This document shows positions 1 to 9,309 of a stretch of DNA of 32,000 bases, piece by piece (the stretch's first letter is position 1; every line of letters starts with the position of its first letter). The DNA lies in NCBI RefSeq assembly GCF_000973505.1, contig NZ_CP010048.1, forward strand, positions 540,001-572,000, written 5' to 3'. The position numbers were made by a program, and so were the translations under genes. The notes under the pieces were generated by a model. It did not search any database, was not told the origin of the DNA, and saw only the letters and a program-made list of their open reading frames with translations. This stretch comes from Candidatus Saccharimonadota bacterium. Lineage in GTDB: Bacteria; Pseudomonadota; Gammaproteobacteria; Enterobacterales; Enterobacteriaceae.

Positions 1-612
1 AAAATAATACATCTAGTAGATCTAGAAGGAGCAAAAAATCCAACCAACCGACAAATACACTTACTCCATAAATTATTACGTGCCAACCAACACAACAATC
101 TCCAAATAGGAGGAGGAATACGTTCTACAAAAGATATTGCAGATTTATTAAAACTTGGTGCCAAACGTGTCGTGTTTAGTTCACAAGGAATTAAAAATCC
201 ATACAAAACTAAAAAATGGTTTGAATATTTCGGCTCTGAATCGTTGGTATTAGCAATAGATATACGAATGAACTCAACAGGAACTAATAATGTCGTCATT
301 AATGGGTGGCAAACAAATACTACTACAACATTACAAGAAATAATTGAACAATATCACAATATTGGTTTAAAACATGTTTTATGCACTGATATTTCAAAAG
401 ATGGTACATTAACAGGAAGTAATACTATTTTGTATCAAACAATATGTAAAACATGGCCTGATATTAAATTTCAATCGTCAGGAGGCATTAAAAATTTAGA
501 TGAAATACATAAATTAAGAGATACTGGTGTTACAAGTATCATTATTGGACGTGCCCTTTTAGAAGAAAAGTTCACTATATCGGAGGCTATCTCATGTTGG
601 CAAAACGCATAA
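1..612 (+). CDS. hisA: ProFAR isomerase HisA, 5'-truncated by the window edge
   Basis: Frame +1 is open from base 1 to TAA at 610-612. The translation [78 protein letters not shown] aligns throughout with enterobacterial HisA. The ORF-track start at 172 is an internal GTG. Confidence 0.95.
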   Translation, partial: KIIHLVDLEGAKNPTNRQIHLLHKLLRANQHNNLQIGGGIRSTKDIADLLKLGAKRVVFSSQGIKNPYKTKKWFEYFGSESLVLAIDIRMNSTGTNNVVINGWQTNTTTTLQEIIEQYHNIGLKHVLCTDISKDGTLTGSNTILYQTICKTWPDIKFQSSGGIKNLDEIHKLRDTGVTSIIIGRALLEEKFTISEAISCWQNA

Positions 613-1370
613 TTCCATGTCTAGATGTACACAATGGACAAGTGGTTAAAGGTCGACAATTCCGTAATCATAACATTGTTGGCAATATTATTGATCTGGC
701 GCAACGATATGTTCAAGAAGGTGCTGACGAATTAATATTTTACGATATTACAGCATCTCCGAATAATCGGACAGTTAATAAATATTGGATAAATCAAGTA
801 GCAGAAATTATTAATATCCCATTTTGTGTGGCTGGAGGTATTAATACTTTAACACAAGCTAAAACAATTCTTTCTTGCGGAGCTGATAAAATTTCAATAA
901 ATTCACCAGCTTTATTAAAACCAATATTAATCAAACAACTTTCTGAATCCTTGGGTAGCCAGTGTATTGTAGTTGCCATTGACAGTTGGTACAATGAAAA
1001 GAAAAATATTTATCAAGTAAAATATCACACCGGAGATACTACTTGCACAAAAACAACTAACTGGCAAACGATACAATGGATACAACAAGTGCAAAATTAT
1101 GGAGCTGGAGAAATTGTACTAAATATGATGAATCAAGACGGTATGCAACAAGGATACGATATAAAACAATTACAAGATATCAAAGAAATTTGTCAAATTC
1201 CACTCATCGCTTCCGGAGGTGCTGGCACGCTATACCACTTCTTAGACGCTTTTCAACAAACAAAAATAGATGGCGCACTAGCAGCTTCAGTATTTCATAA
1301 AAACATAATCAACATAAATATATTAAAACAATTTTTACAAAAAAATGGAATAAACGTTAGATTATCTTAA
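594..1370 (+). CDS. hisF: Imidazole glycerol phosphate synthase cyclase subunit HisF
   Basis: 258 aa, the same length as E. coli HisF. Motifs [58 protein letters not shown] are present. GGAGG lies 7 nt upstream of the ATG, and the ATG sits 19 nt inside the hisA 3' end. Confidence 0.97.
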   Translation: MLAKRIIPCLDVHNGQVVKGRQFRNHNIVGNIIDLAQRYVQEGADELIFYDITASPNNRTVNKYWINQVAEIINIPFCVAGGINTLTQAKTILSCGADKISINSPALLKPILIKQLSESLGSQCIVVAIDSWYNEKKNIYQVKYHTGDTTCTKTTNWQTIQWIQQVQNYGAGEIVLNMMNQDGMQQGYDIKQLQDIKEICQIPLIASGGAGTLYHFLDAFQQTKIDGALAASVFHKNIININILKQFLQKNGINVRLS

Positions 1371-1412
1371 AATAAAACACATACTACTATCTCACTAAAT
1401 TGGAAGAAATTG

Positions 1413-1994
1413 ATGCACAACCTAACTCCAACAATTATCCAACATGCTATTTCAGGTGAAGTGCTAATGTTAGGATATATGAATGATGAATCAATAAAAA
1501 TAACAAAAAATAGTGGCTATGTAACATTTTTTTCTCGCAGTAAAAAAAGATTATGGACAAAAGGAGAAACATCTGGAAATCGATTACAATTCATTCGTGC
1601 TTACGAAGATTGTGATAAAGATACATTACTCATGTTAGTTCTTCCAAATGGACCAACTTGCCACAAAAATAATAGTACTTGTTTTTATCCTGCTATGACC
1701 GATTGGGGGTTTTTATATAAATTAGAAGAAATTGTAAAAAATAGAAAATGTTCATATTTAAAAAACTCATATACTAAAAAACTATACGCTAGTGGAAGCA
1801 AACGAATTGCACAGAAAGTTGGAGAAGAAGGAATAGAAACCGCTTTAGCTGCTGTAACACAAAACAAAAAAGAACTTATTAACGAAGCCGCTGACCTAAT
1901 TTATCACTTATTGGTTCTTTTAGAAACACAATCTTTAAATTTAACTAATATTATCAAATGTTTGCATGATCGACACAACAAAATTATTACATAA
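1413..1994 (+). CDS. hisI: Bifunctional phosphoribosyl-AMP cyclohydrolase / phosphoribosyl-ATP pyrophosphatase HisIE
   Basis: IIQHAISGEVLMLGYMN..FFSRSKKRLWTKGETSGN..CDKDTLLMLV..GPTCHK..STCF..KLYASGSKRIAQKVGEEGIETALAA..YHLLVLL matches E. coli HisI nearly residue for residue. The start is ATG 1413 or the adjacent TTG 1410. See the finding on upstream homology. Confidence 0.93.
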   Translation: MHNLTPTIIQHAISGEVLMLGYMNDESIKITKNSGYVTFFSRSKKRLWTKGETSGNRLQFIRAYEDCDKDTLLMLVLPNGPTCHKNNSTCFYPAMTDWGFLYKLEEIVKNRKCSYLKNSYTKKLYASGSKRIAQKVGEEGIETALAAVTQNKKELINEAADLIYHLLVLLETQSLNLTNIIKCLHDRHNKIIT

Positions 1995-2167
1995 TAATAT
2001 AAGCACCGTTAATTATAAAATCACATTCTTAATTGTTTTAAAAACATCCACATCTATTATACCATCAAAATGGCTTTAAACTCTCAAAAAATTAAGTTTT
2101 AAAACTTATTTTAATATCAAACTCACTCCATACTGTAAAAATATATTATTTATTTATATCCCATTTA

Positions 2168-3577
2168 TTATAACCAGTTAGCATGAAAAATATCATCCTT
2201 ATTATCAATACACTTATAACCATGAGCCCCAAAATAATCACGTTGAGCCTGAATTAAATTTGCTGGAAGCACAGCTGAACGATAACTATCGTAATACTCT
2301 ATAGCAGCTGAAAATGCAGGCACAGGAACTCCATTTTGAATTGCACAAATCACTATATCTCTTAAAGATTCTTGATAAAAATTTGCAATATCTTTAAAAT
2401 AAGGCGCTAATAACAAATTAATTATTGAGGGATTATCCTTATATACATGTACAATATTTTGTAAAAGTTGTGCACGAATAATACAACCAGCACGAAAAAT
2501 TTTAGCAATATTGCTAAAATTTAAATTCCAATTATTTTGATTAGCAGCTACTCGTAATTGCGAAAACCCTTGAGCATAAGACATTATTTTAGACAAATAT
2601 AAAGCTTTCCTAATTTTTTCAATAAACTTATCAGGATCACAATCAATTCTTCTTACAGAAGGACCTAATAAAACCTTAGATGCACAAACACGTTGAGATT
2701 TCAATACAGATAAATAACGCGCAAAAACAGATTCAGTAATAATATTTAATGGTTCATTATTATCTAAAGCACTTTGACTAATCCACTGACCTGTACCTTT
2801 ACTTTCTGCTTCATCTAAAATAGAATCCAATAAATAATATCCTTTCTCATTTTTTCTGATCAAAATATCTTTTGTAATACCTATTAAATAACTATTTAAT
2901 TCACCTTGATTCCATTCATTGAAAATTTTTGACAAATCTTCATTACTGAAATTTAAAAGATATTTTAATAATGCATATGATTCTGCTATTAATTGCATAT
3001 CAGCATATTCAATACCGTTATGAACCATTTTCACATAATGTCCAGATCCATCAGAACTAATATAAAATATACACGGTTCACCATCAAAATCTGCAGAAAT
3101 ATCTTTTAAAATCGGTTCAATTATATTATAACCACTCTTTTGTCCACCTGGCATAAAAGCAGGTCCATACAATGCACCAAATTCTCCACCAGAAATACCT
3201 AAGCCAATAAAATAAATTCCTAAATTAAATAACTCAAAATTTCTGCGAACCGTATCTTTATAAAAAGAATTTCCACCATCAATAAGCACATCACCTTTTT
3301 CTAAATAAGGAACCATTGACATAATTATTTGATCCACACTCGCTCCAGACTGAATCATAATTAAAATACAGCGGGGGCTCTCTAAAGAAAGCACGAAATC
3401 TTTAATAGAAGAATACGCAAACAATTTTTTCCCTACATGCTGCAATATGATACTTTCAACTTTATTATAAGACCGATTAAATATTGAAACACTATAACCA
3501 TGTCTTTCAAAATTCAGGGCTAAACTTTTTCCCATGATACCCATACCAACTATACCTACTCTTTTTTTAATCAGCAT
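2168..3577 (-). CDS. gnd: 6-phosphogluconate dehydrogenase, decarboxylating
   Basis: 469 aa (E. coli Gnd is about 468 aa). N-terminal Rossmann motif [16 protein letters not shown]. Also contains [44 protein letters not shown] and [12 protein letters not shown]. An AGGTGA Shine-Dalgarno sequence lies about 5 nt upstream of the ATG. Confidence 0.97.
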   Translation of the reverse strand: MLIKKRVGIVGMGIMGKSLALNFERHGYSVSIFNRSYNKVESIILQHVGKKLFAYSSIKDFVLSLESPRCILIMIQSGASVDQIIMSMVPYLEKGDVLIDGGNSFYKDTVRRNFELFNLGIYFIGLGISGGEFGALYGPAFMPGGQKSGYNIIEPILKDISADFDGEPCIFYISSDGSGHYVKMVHNGIEYADMQLIAESYALLKYLLNFSNEDLSKIFNEWNQGELNSYLIGITKDILIRKNEKGYYLLDSILDEAESKGTGQWISQSALDNNEPLNIITESVFARYLSVLKSQRVCASKVLLGPSVRRIDCDPDKFIEKIRKALYLSKIMSYAQGFSQLRVAANQNNWNLNFSNIAKIFRAGCIIRAQLLQNIVHVYKDNPSIINLLLAPYFKDIANFYQESLRDIVICAIQNGVPVPAFSAAIEYYDSYRSAVLPANLIQAQRDYFGAHGYKCIDNKDDIFHANWL

Positions 3578-3820
3578 ACAATCACCTAATATAAAATAAA
3601 ATAAAAAATTTTACAATATAACATAAAATATATACATGTTAAATTTAATAAATATAATGTATATTATCCTATATTTAACAATATTACTATATCCGTTTAA
3701 TTTCTTTAAAAAATAAAAAAATAAAATATAAAAACAAACATATAAACAAAAAAAATTTCATCAAAAAAAATATCATATCAATCTACAATTAAAAATATTT
3801 TAAAACAGACAATATAGATA

Positions 3821-3860
3821 TATAATCATAACCATTACTATATAATCATAATCATTACTA
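3821..3860. repeat. Tandem duplication, 2 x 20 bp (TATAATCATAACCATTACTA / TATAATCATAATCATTACTA), 19/20 identical
   Basis: Read directly from the sequence. The units are 3821-3840 and 3841-3860, head to tail, inside the 525-bp gnd-metG spacer. Confidence 0.9.
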
Positions 3861-4102
3861 CTACAACATATATAATTCACACATGAACATATTCACATTC
3901 TAATACATAATATTCAAACAATAGCTATTTATATAAATCATAAAAAATATTTTAAGTATAAAACCACTTAAAAATTACATAACTTACAATTATTAATTGT
4001 ATTAAAAATATAATATTTATTTTAAATATATTTAAATTAATGTACTTAATATAATAATAACCAATTATCAATCAAACTTAACCATTTAACTAAAAATCAC
4101 AC

Positions 4103-5746
4103 ATGCATAACACACCAAAAATATTAGTGACATGTGCATTACCATACGCTAATGGACCATTGCACCTTGGGCATATGTTAGAACATATACAAGCAGATAT
4201 CTGGGTCCGCTACCAAAAAATGCGAGGTAAAACTGTTTACTTTATATGCGCCGATGACGCCCATGGAACAGCTATTATGCTTAAAGCACAAAAACTCGGA
4301 ATATCACCAGAAATAATGATTCAACAAATTCATAAAGAACATAATCAAGATCTTAAAAAATTCTTAATAAATTACGATAATTATTATTCTACACATAGTA
4401 TAGAAAATTTAGAACTCTCAACACTCATATACCTTCGCCTAAAAAAAAGAGGATTAATACAATCAAAACTCATCTCTCAACTATATGATACAGAAAAAAA
4501 AATATTTTTACCTGATCGATTCATTAAAGGAAAATGTCCTAAATGTCAAGCATTAAACCAATATGGTGACAATTGTGAAATTTGCGGAGCCATTTATAAT
4601 TCTACTGAACTAATTCACCCTCGATCAACAATATCAAATACAATACCAATCATACAACAAACTGAACATTTTTTTTTCAATTTAACATATTTCACAAATA
4701 TGTTATACCAATGGATTAAATCTAATAATTTACAAACAGAAATTATTAATAAAATGGAAGAATGGTTCAGCACAGGATTAAAATCATGGGATATCTCCCG
4801 AGACGAACCATATTTTGGATTTAAATTACCTGATTCAAATAAAAAATATTTTTATGTTTGGATGGATGCCCCCATTGGATATATGGGAACATTTAAAAAT
4901 TTATGTAAGAAAATACATGATATATCTTTTGAAGAATTTTGGGCACAAAATTCAAAAAATAAAATTTATCATTTTATTGGCAAGGATATAATATATTTTC
5001 ATATTTTATTTTGGCCAGCAATATTAGAAGGTAGCCAATTTCGAAAACCAACTAACATATTTGTTCATGGACATGTAACAATTAATGGCAGAAAAATTTC
5101 AAAATCCCATGGCACATTAATAAAAGCAAAAACTTATCTATCCCATTTAAATCCAGAAACATTAAGATATTACTATGCAACTAAACTATCATCTAACATT
5201 GATGATATTGATTTAAACTTCAATGAACTTATACACAAAATAAATGGAGATATTGTCAACAAAATAGTCAATTTGGCAGCAAGAAATGCAAAATTTATCA
5301 ATCAATACTGTAATGGAGCATTATCAAACTATCTTCTTGAACCCATAATATATAACACATTTACCACAGCTGCTAACTATATTGGAGAAGCATTTCAAAA
5401 ACGAAACTTAAATCGAGCAACTAAAAAAATAATACAACTAGCAGATTTAGCTAATCGATACATAGATGAACAATGTCCATGGAAAAAACAGTATACCAAT
5501 AAAAAACAAACACAAGCCATTTATTCTATGGGGATACAATTATTCCGTGTGATAATGATTTATATGAAACCAATAACACCAGTATTAGCAAATAATACTG
5601 AAATATTTCTTAACACTATACTAACTTGGGAGAGCATTCACAAACCACTAACTGAACAACACTATATTCAACCATTTAAAACACTATTCACACGAATCAC
5701 AACACAAGAAATCAACAAAATACTATCCGCAACAGAGAACAATTAA
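4103..5746 (+). CDS. metG: Methionyl-tRNA synthetase, short form lacking the C-terminal dimerisation/tRNA-binding domain
   Basis: 547 aa. Contains the HIGH motif ([21 protein letters not shown]), a zinc knuckle ([18 protein letters not shown]) and a KMSKS-type motif (RKISKSHG). Colinear with residues about 1-547 of E. coli MetG, which is 677 aa. Confidence 0.96.
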   Translation: MHNTPKILVTCALPYANGPLHLGHMLEHIQADIWVRYQKMRGKTVYFICADDAHGTAIMLKAQKLGISPEIMIQQIHKEHNQDLKKFLINYDNYYSTHSIENLELSTLIYLRLKKRGLIQSKLISQLYDTEKKIFLPDRFIKGKCPKCQALNQYGDNCEICGAIYNSTELIHPRSTISNTIPIIQQTEHFFFNLTYFTNMLYQWIKSNNLQTEIINKMEEWFSTGLKSWDISRDEPYFGFKLPDSNKKYFYVWMDAPIGYMGTFKNLCKKIHDISFEEFWAQNSKNKIYHFIGKDIIYFHILFWPAILEGSQFRKPTNIFVHGHVTINGRKISKSHGTLIKAKTYLSHLNPETLRYYYATKLSSNIDDIDLNFNELIHKINGDIVNKIVNLAARNAKFINQYCNGALSNYLLEPIIYNTFTTAANYIGEAFQKRNLNRATKKIIQLADLANRYIDEQCPWKKQYTNKKQTQAIYSMGIQLFRVIMIYMKPITPVLANNTEIFLNTILTWESIHKPLTEQHYIQPFKTLFTRITTQEINKILSATENN

Positions 5747-6179
5747 CATCACTTCAAAACTTTTTATTTAAATTTTACAAAACTTATTTTTATATAACAC
5801 CAAATTGTTTTTAAGATATTAACCATTACTAACCATTGATATATCAACAACAACTAAACACCACCACCATACTTGTAAATCGCACCACAAATTACAATTA
5901 TTACATATTTTTTTATACATCAAAAGAAACTTAATAACAACTAATCACTACTATATAGTGTAATAATAACACACTAACTATCATCGAATAAAATCTAAAT
6001 TACTCACATATCACTGCATTTTACTATTTATCTAATATAACTTTATCTTAAAGTAAGTAACAACATATTCACACACATTCAACTCTAATATTTTATAAAA
6101 AATAACATAATATAACATGTTTCAATATTATTAATATCAACACAACATTATAATAATACACAATCATTTTTAAAAACTC

Positions 6180-6830
6180 TCAATAAATATTATTTCCCGT
6201 TTTTTTTAATATTCCACCTGATGCAAAAGTAATAGTACTACTATTATCACCAACTCCACGAGCCTTAACACAAAAATGAACAGCATCAATAGAAATCGCC
6301 ACATTTTTAGTATCTAATAACACTTGTAATGCTAAAAAAATTTGTTTAGTTAAACGTTCCTGTACCTGAGGACGTCTAGAAAAAAAATCAACCAATCTAT
6401 TAATCTTTGATAAACCAATAATATGTTTATTAGGAATATACGCTACAGTAGCAATACCAGAAAAAATAATAAAATGATGTTCACACATACTAATGACATT
6501 AATATTTCGAACAGTAATCACTTCATCCATATTCATGGTATTTTTAAACATTGTAATTTTTGGAAAATTAGCATAATTTAAACCATAAAAAAAATCTTTA
6601 AGATACATTCTTGCAATACGTTTAGGTGTATCTATAATACTATCATGTTGCGAATCAATATTTAATAAATGTAAAATAGCTAACATATTTTCTGCAATAC
6701 GTGCCTCTCTTACTTGATCATTTAACCTATTTTTTAATCCACTCTGTACTAAAAAAGGAGTTTCTAAACCCTGTAATAATAAAGTATCACGCACTAATAA
6801 CGCTTGCTCCGTCAAAAATATCATAAACAT
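6180..6830 (-). CDS. folE: GTP cyclohydrolase I
   Basis: [74 protein letters not shown] matches E. coli FolE. The ORF-track start at 6854 is a TTG. By alignment the start is ATG 6830 ([12 protein letters not shown]) or ATG 6824. Confidence 0.93.
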   Translation of the reverse strand: MFMIFLTEQALLVRDTLLLQGLETPFLVQSGLKNRLNDQVREARIAENMLAILHLLNIDSQHDSIIDTPKRIARMYLKDFFYGLNYANFPKITMFKNTMNMDEVITVRNINVISMCEHHFIIFSGIATVAYIPNKHIIGLSKINRLVDFFSRRPQVQERLTKQIFLALQVLLDTKNVAISIDAVHFCVKARGVGDNSSTITFASGGILKKTGNNIY

Positions 6831-7291
6831 TTGCCTATCTTTTAAAATATTCAAGTCAAAAAAATATTAATATTTTATGTTAAATCACATTATGAAATAT
6901 TATCTATCTAAATAAAATTAACTACAGTCCACATAAAAATCATAATAAATATACTAAATATAAAATACTATTATTTTATAAATCAATCATGACATTACTA
7001 CACGTAAAATACAAAATGTTAAAAATCAAAAATATATATGCTAAATAATAATTACCATACTTTTCCTACCATTTTGTGAATTAATCATAAAAATTTTTTA
7101 CAAATAATTCACCATTTACAATACACAACATATTTTAATAAACAACGTTCTGAAATATAAAAAACACATAATGCAACGATAAAAAATTTACTCAACTTTA
7201 AAACACATAATCAATCATATACATTGCATCTCAATATATAATATGATATTTTTATCGTATTTTTAATTTTCAAAATTTTAAATAATACATT

Positions 7292-7582
7292 ATGCTTGTC
7301 ATTCATGCTGAACATAGAAAAAAAATAGGAACAAAAAACAGCCGAAAATTACGAAGACAAAACAAATGTCCAGGAGTAATCTATGGAAAACAACAACCAA
7401 ACATTACTATTATAATCAACCAAAATATTATTTCAAATATACAACGAACGAACGATTTTTATAAAAAAACTATTGAAATTATCATTAATAACAACCAACG
7501 TTATATAACAAAAATTTGTCATATACAATACCATCCATTTAAAAAAACAATAACACATATAGACTTTCTTTATCAAATGTAA
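7292..7582 (+). CDS. rplY: 50S ribosomal protein L25 (short enterobacterial form)
   Basis: 96 aa. AEHRKKIGTKNSRKLRRQNKCPGVIYG...IQYHPFKKTITHIDF aligns with E. coli L25 (94 aa: [27 protein letters not shown]...VQRHPYKPKLQHIDF). Confidence 0.9.
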   Translation: MLVIHAEHRKKIGTKNSRKLRRQNKCPGVIYGKQQPNITIIINQNIISNIQRTNDFYKKTIEIIINNNQRYITKICHIQYHPFKKTITHIDFLYQM

Positions 7583-7842
7583 CTATAATACAAATAAAAA
7601 TTTGAATAAACACAATAATTAATATGCTTTTATTAACATAAAAAACATACGAAAAATCACATCATCCTGATAACTTCATTAACTATCGATAAATCACGCT
7701 CAGCTACAGTATATACCGTGACAAAAAACCAATGCTAAAAAAACCAATACAAATTCATAATAACTATTATCATTAAAAATTAAAACAATTCTACTGTAAA
7801 TATCATAATCATTAGAAAAACACAATAAATTACAATAAAATA

Positions 7843-8940
7843 TCAACTGAAAATACGTTTTTTATCGTCTTCTCGAGATTCTAATGCTAACTCTATTAAG
7901 ATAGTCACTAAATCTTTCGAATTCAAACCACTAGCTTCCCATAATTTAGGGTACATACTAGTAACAGCAAAACCTGGCAATGTATTCACCTCATTGATTA
8001 TAACACGAAAATCAGATGTTAAAAAAAAATCTACACGGGCCATACCCCAACATTGTAAAACACGAAACGCCCGTAAAACAACGCTATATATCTTGTCACT
8101 AACATCATGACTAATTTTTGCAGGAATAACAATTTCCACACACTCTTGATACTTATTTTGATAAGTATAAAAAGTATTTTTATCTAACAAAATTTCACCA
8201 CAAACACTTATTCTTAAATCATTATTTCCTAACACTGCACATTCTAACTCTCTACCAACAATAGCTGCCTCTATCAAAACTTTATAATCTAAGCTAAAAG
8301 CTAAATTTATAGCTGAACAAAAATCTTTACGATTAAACACTTTTGACGTGCCAATCGAAGAACCTTGGCAGGCTGGTTTCACAAAAAATGGTAAACCAAA
8401 AACATCCGCATAGTATTCAAAATCCAACTGTTCGTCAGATTCAGTTAATGTGACAAAAGGAGCCACCATTAAACCAGCATCATGTAATAACCGCTTGGTA
8501 ATATCCTTATCCATACTAATTGCAGAACCTAAAACACCACTACCAACAAATGGAATTTTTTTTATTTTCAATAAACCTTGTAAAGAACCATCCTCACCAA
8601 ATCCACCATGAATAATTGGAAAAACAACATCAAGGCCAGATAAAATTTCAAAATCACTAAAACATCTAGACAATACACATGATTCGCATTGTGATATACT
8701 GCTACTTAGTCGATACTTAAAATATTGATAAAAATCAAAAATAACACCCCTAATCTTTGAAAAACTTATTTTATTCGTCATATCTTCCCGATGCCATATT
8801 CCCTTCTTATCAACAAAAATCATTATTATTGTAAATCGATTTTGATCAATAACACATGCAATATTTTTAGCAGATTGTAACGAAATATCATGTTCTAACG
8901 ACACACCACCAAAAACAATACCAACATGCAATTTGGACAT
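7843..8940 (-). CDS. ddlA: D-alanine--D-alanine ligase A
   Basis: 365 aa, which is DdlA-sized (DdlB is about 306 aa). LHVGIVFGGVSLEHDISLQSAKNI..VFPIIHGGFGEDGSLQGLL..PFVGSGVLGSAISMDKDITKRLL..FVKPACQGSSIGTSKV..GRELECAVLGN..ARVDFFLT..INEVNTLPGF..SMYPKLWEASGL tracks E. coli DdlA closely. Confidence 0.95.
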   Translation of the reverse strand: MSKLHVGIVFGGVSLEHDISLQSAKNIACVIDQNRFTIIMIFVDKKGIWHREDMTNKISFSKIRGVIFDFYQYFKYRLSSSISQCESCVLSRCFSDFEILSGLDVVFPIIHGGFGEDGSLQGLLKIKKIPFVGSGVLGSAISMDKDITKRLLHDAGLMVAPFVTLTESDEQLDFEYYADVFGLPFFVKPACQGSSIGTSKVFNRKDFCSAINLAFSLDYKVLIEAAIVGRELECAVLGNNDLRISVCGEILLDKNTFYTYQNKYQECVEIVIPAKISHDVSDKIYSVVLRAFRVLQCWGMARVDFFLTSDFRVIINEVNTLPGFAVTSMYPKLWEASGLNSKDLVTILIELALESREDDKKRIFS

Positions 8941-9136
8941 AATAAAATATTAATTTATCCTCTGAACATTAAACAACATTAATATTATCTAATATTACTT
9001 TAATGTCATCACCTAATATTTATATCTATTTTTAGATAACTAAAAATACACTGAACACAACGGATGTCTAAAAAAAAGTAACATATTCATGTCATACAAA
9101 ATATTATTAATAAAACAAATATTATATAATTTTTAC

Positions 9137-9177
9137 AAAAAAAAGCGACCCATCAATATATCAATATCATGAGTCGC
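9137..9177 (-). terminator. Rho-independent terminator downstream of the porin gene
   Basis: The minus-strand RNA reads GCGACUCAU-(15-nt AU-rich loop)-AUGGGUCGC followed immediately by U8. That gives a 9-bp stem (5 G-C, 1 G-U and 3 A-U pairs). It lies 133 nt downstream of the ompC-like stop codon, in the correct orientation. Confidence 0.55.
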
Positions 9178-9309
9178 ACGTTATTTATATTACTACTAAC
9201 AGCAAAACATCTATTCACCAATTAACATTCCTTTATGGACGATATACTAACTCTATATATAATAATTATATGTAAAAAATATGATTACTAATCATACTAT
9301 TAATTATTA

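Noticed and set aside
794-994. Thirteen short ORFs from the six-frame track (60-102 aa) that lie entirely inside larger genes: 794-994(-), 1076-1300(+), 1685-1867(-), 12902-13129(+), 15625-15828(-), 15777-15971(+), 16855-17064(-), 23202-23399(-), 25287-25529(+), 26992-27300(-), 28856-29044(+), 30492-30707(+) and 31026-31241(+).
   Set aside because: Each is nested in an alternative frame or on the antisense strand of a strongly conserved full-length gene. Each has low-complexity or biased composition and no recognisable motif. I attribute them to chance open frames, although the AT-rich composition if anything makes chance ORFs rarer.
2093-2108. A perfect 16-bp palindrome, TAAGTTTTAAAACTTA, between the convergent hisI and gnd genes. 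It is followed by T6 on the - strand and T4 on the + strand, so it could be a bidirectional terminator.
   Set aside because: After allowing a minimal loop, the stem has only about 6 bp with a single G-C pair. AT-only palindromes of this size are frequent in this composition. It is too weak to call as a feature without a free-energy calculation or a transcript 3' end.
3986-4036. AT palindromes upstream of metG (ACAATTATTAATTGT at 3986-4000 and TTTAAATATATTTAAA at 4021-4036), considered as possible operator sites.
   Set aside because: These are short self-complementary strings in almost pure A+T sequence, expected by chance. They match no known regulator consensus.
7224-7252. Sigma-70-like hexamers upstream of rplY (TTGCAT, then TATTTT after a 17-nt spacer, plus several TATAAT strings), and similar matches in every spacer.
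   Set aside because: TATAAT-like words occur every few tens of bases in these spacers, so hexamer matching has no discriminating power here. No promoters are reported as features.
7660-7740. A locally less AT-rich patch in the rplY-ddlA spacer, including a TCACG...CGTGA 5-bp inverted repeat. I considered it as a possible gene relic or a tRNA, since proL lies in the corresponding E. coli interval.
   Set aside because: There is no T-loop (GGTTCGAATCC or its complement), no cloverleaf arms, stop codons in all frames within a few codons, and no recognisable similarity by eye. It would need tblastx or tRNAscan to revisit.
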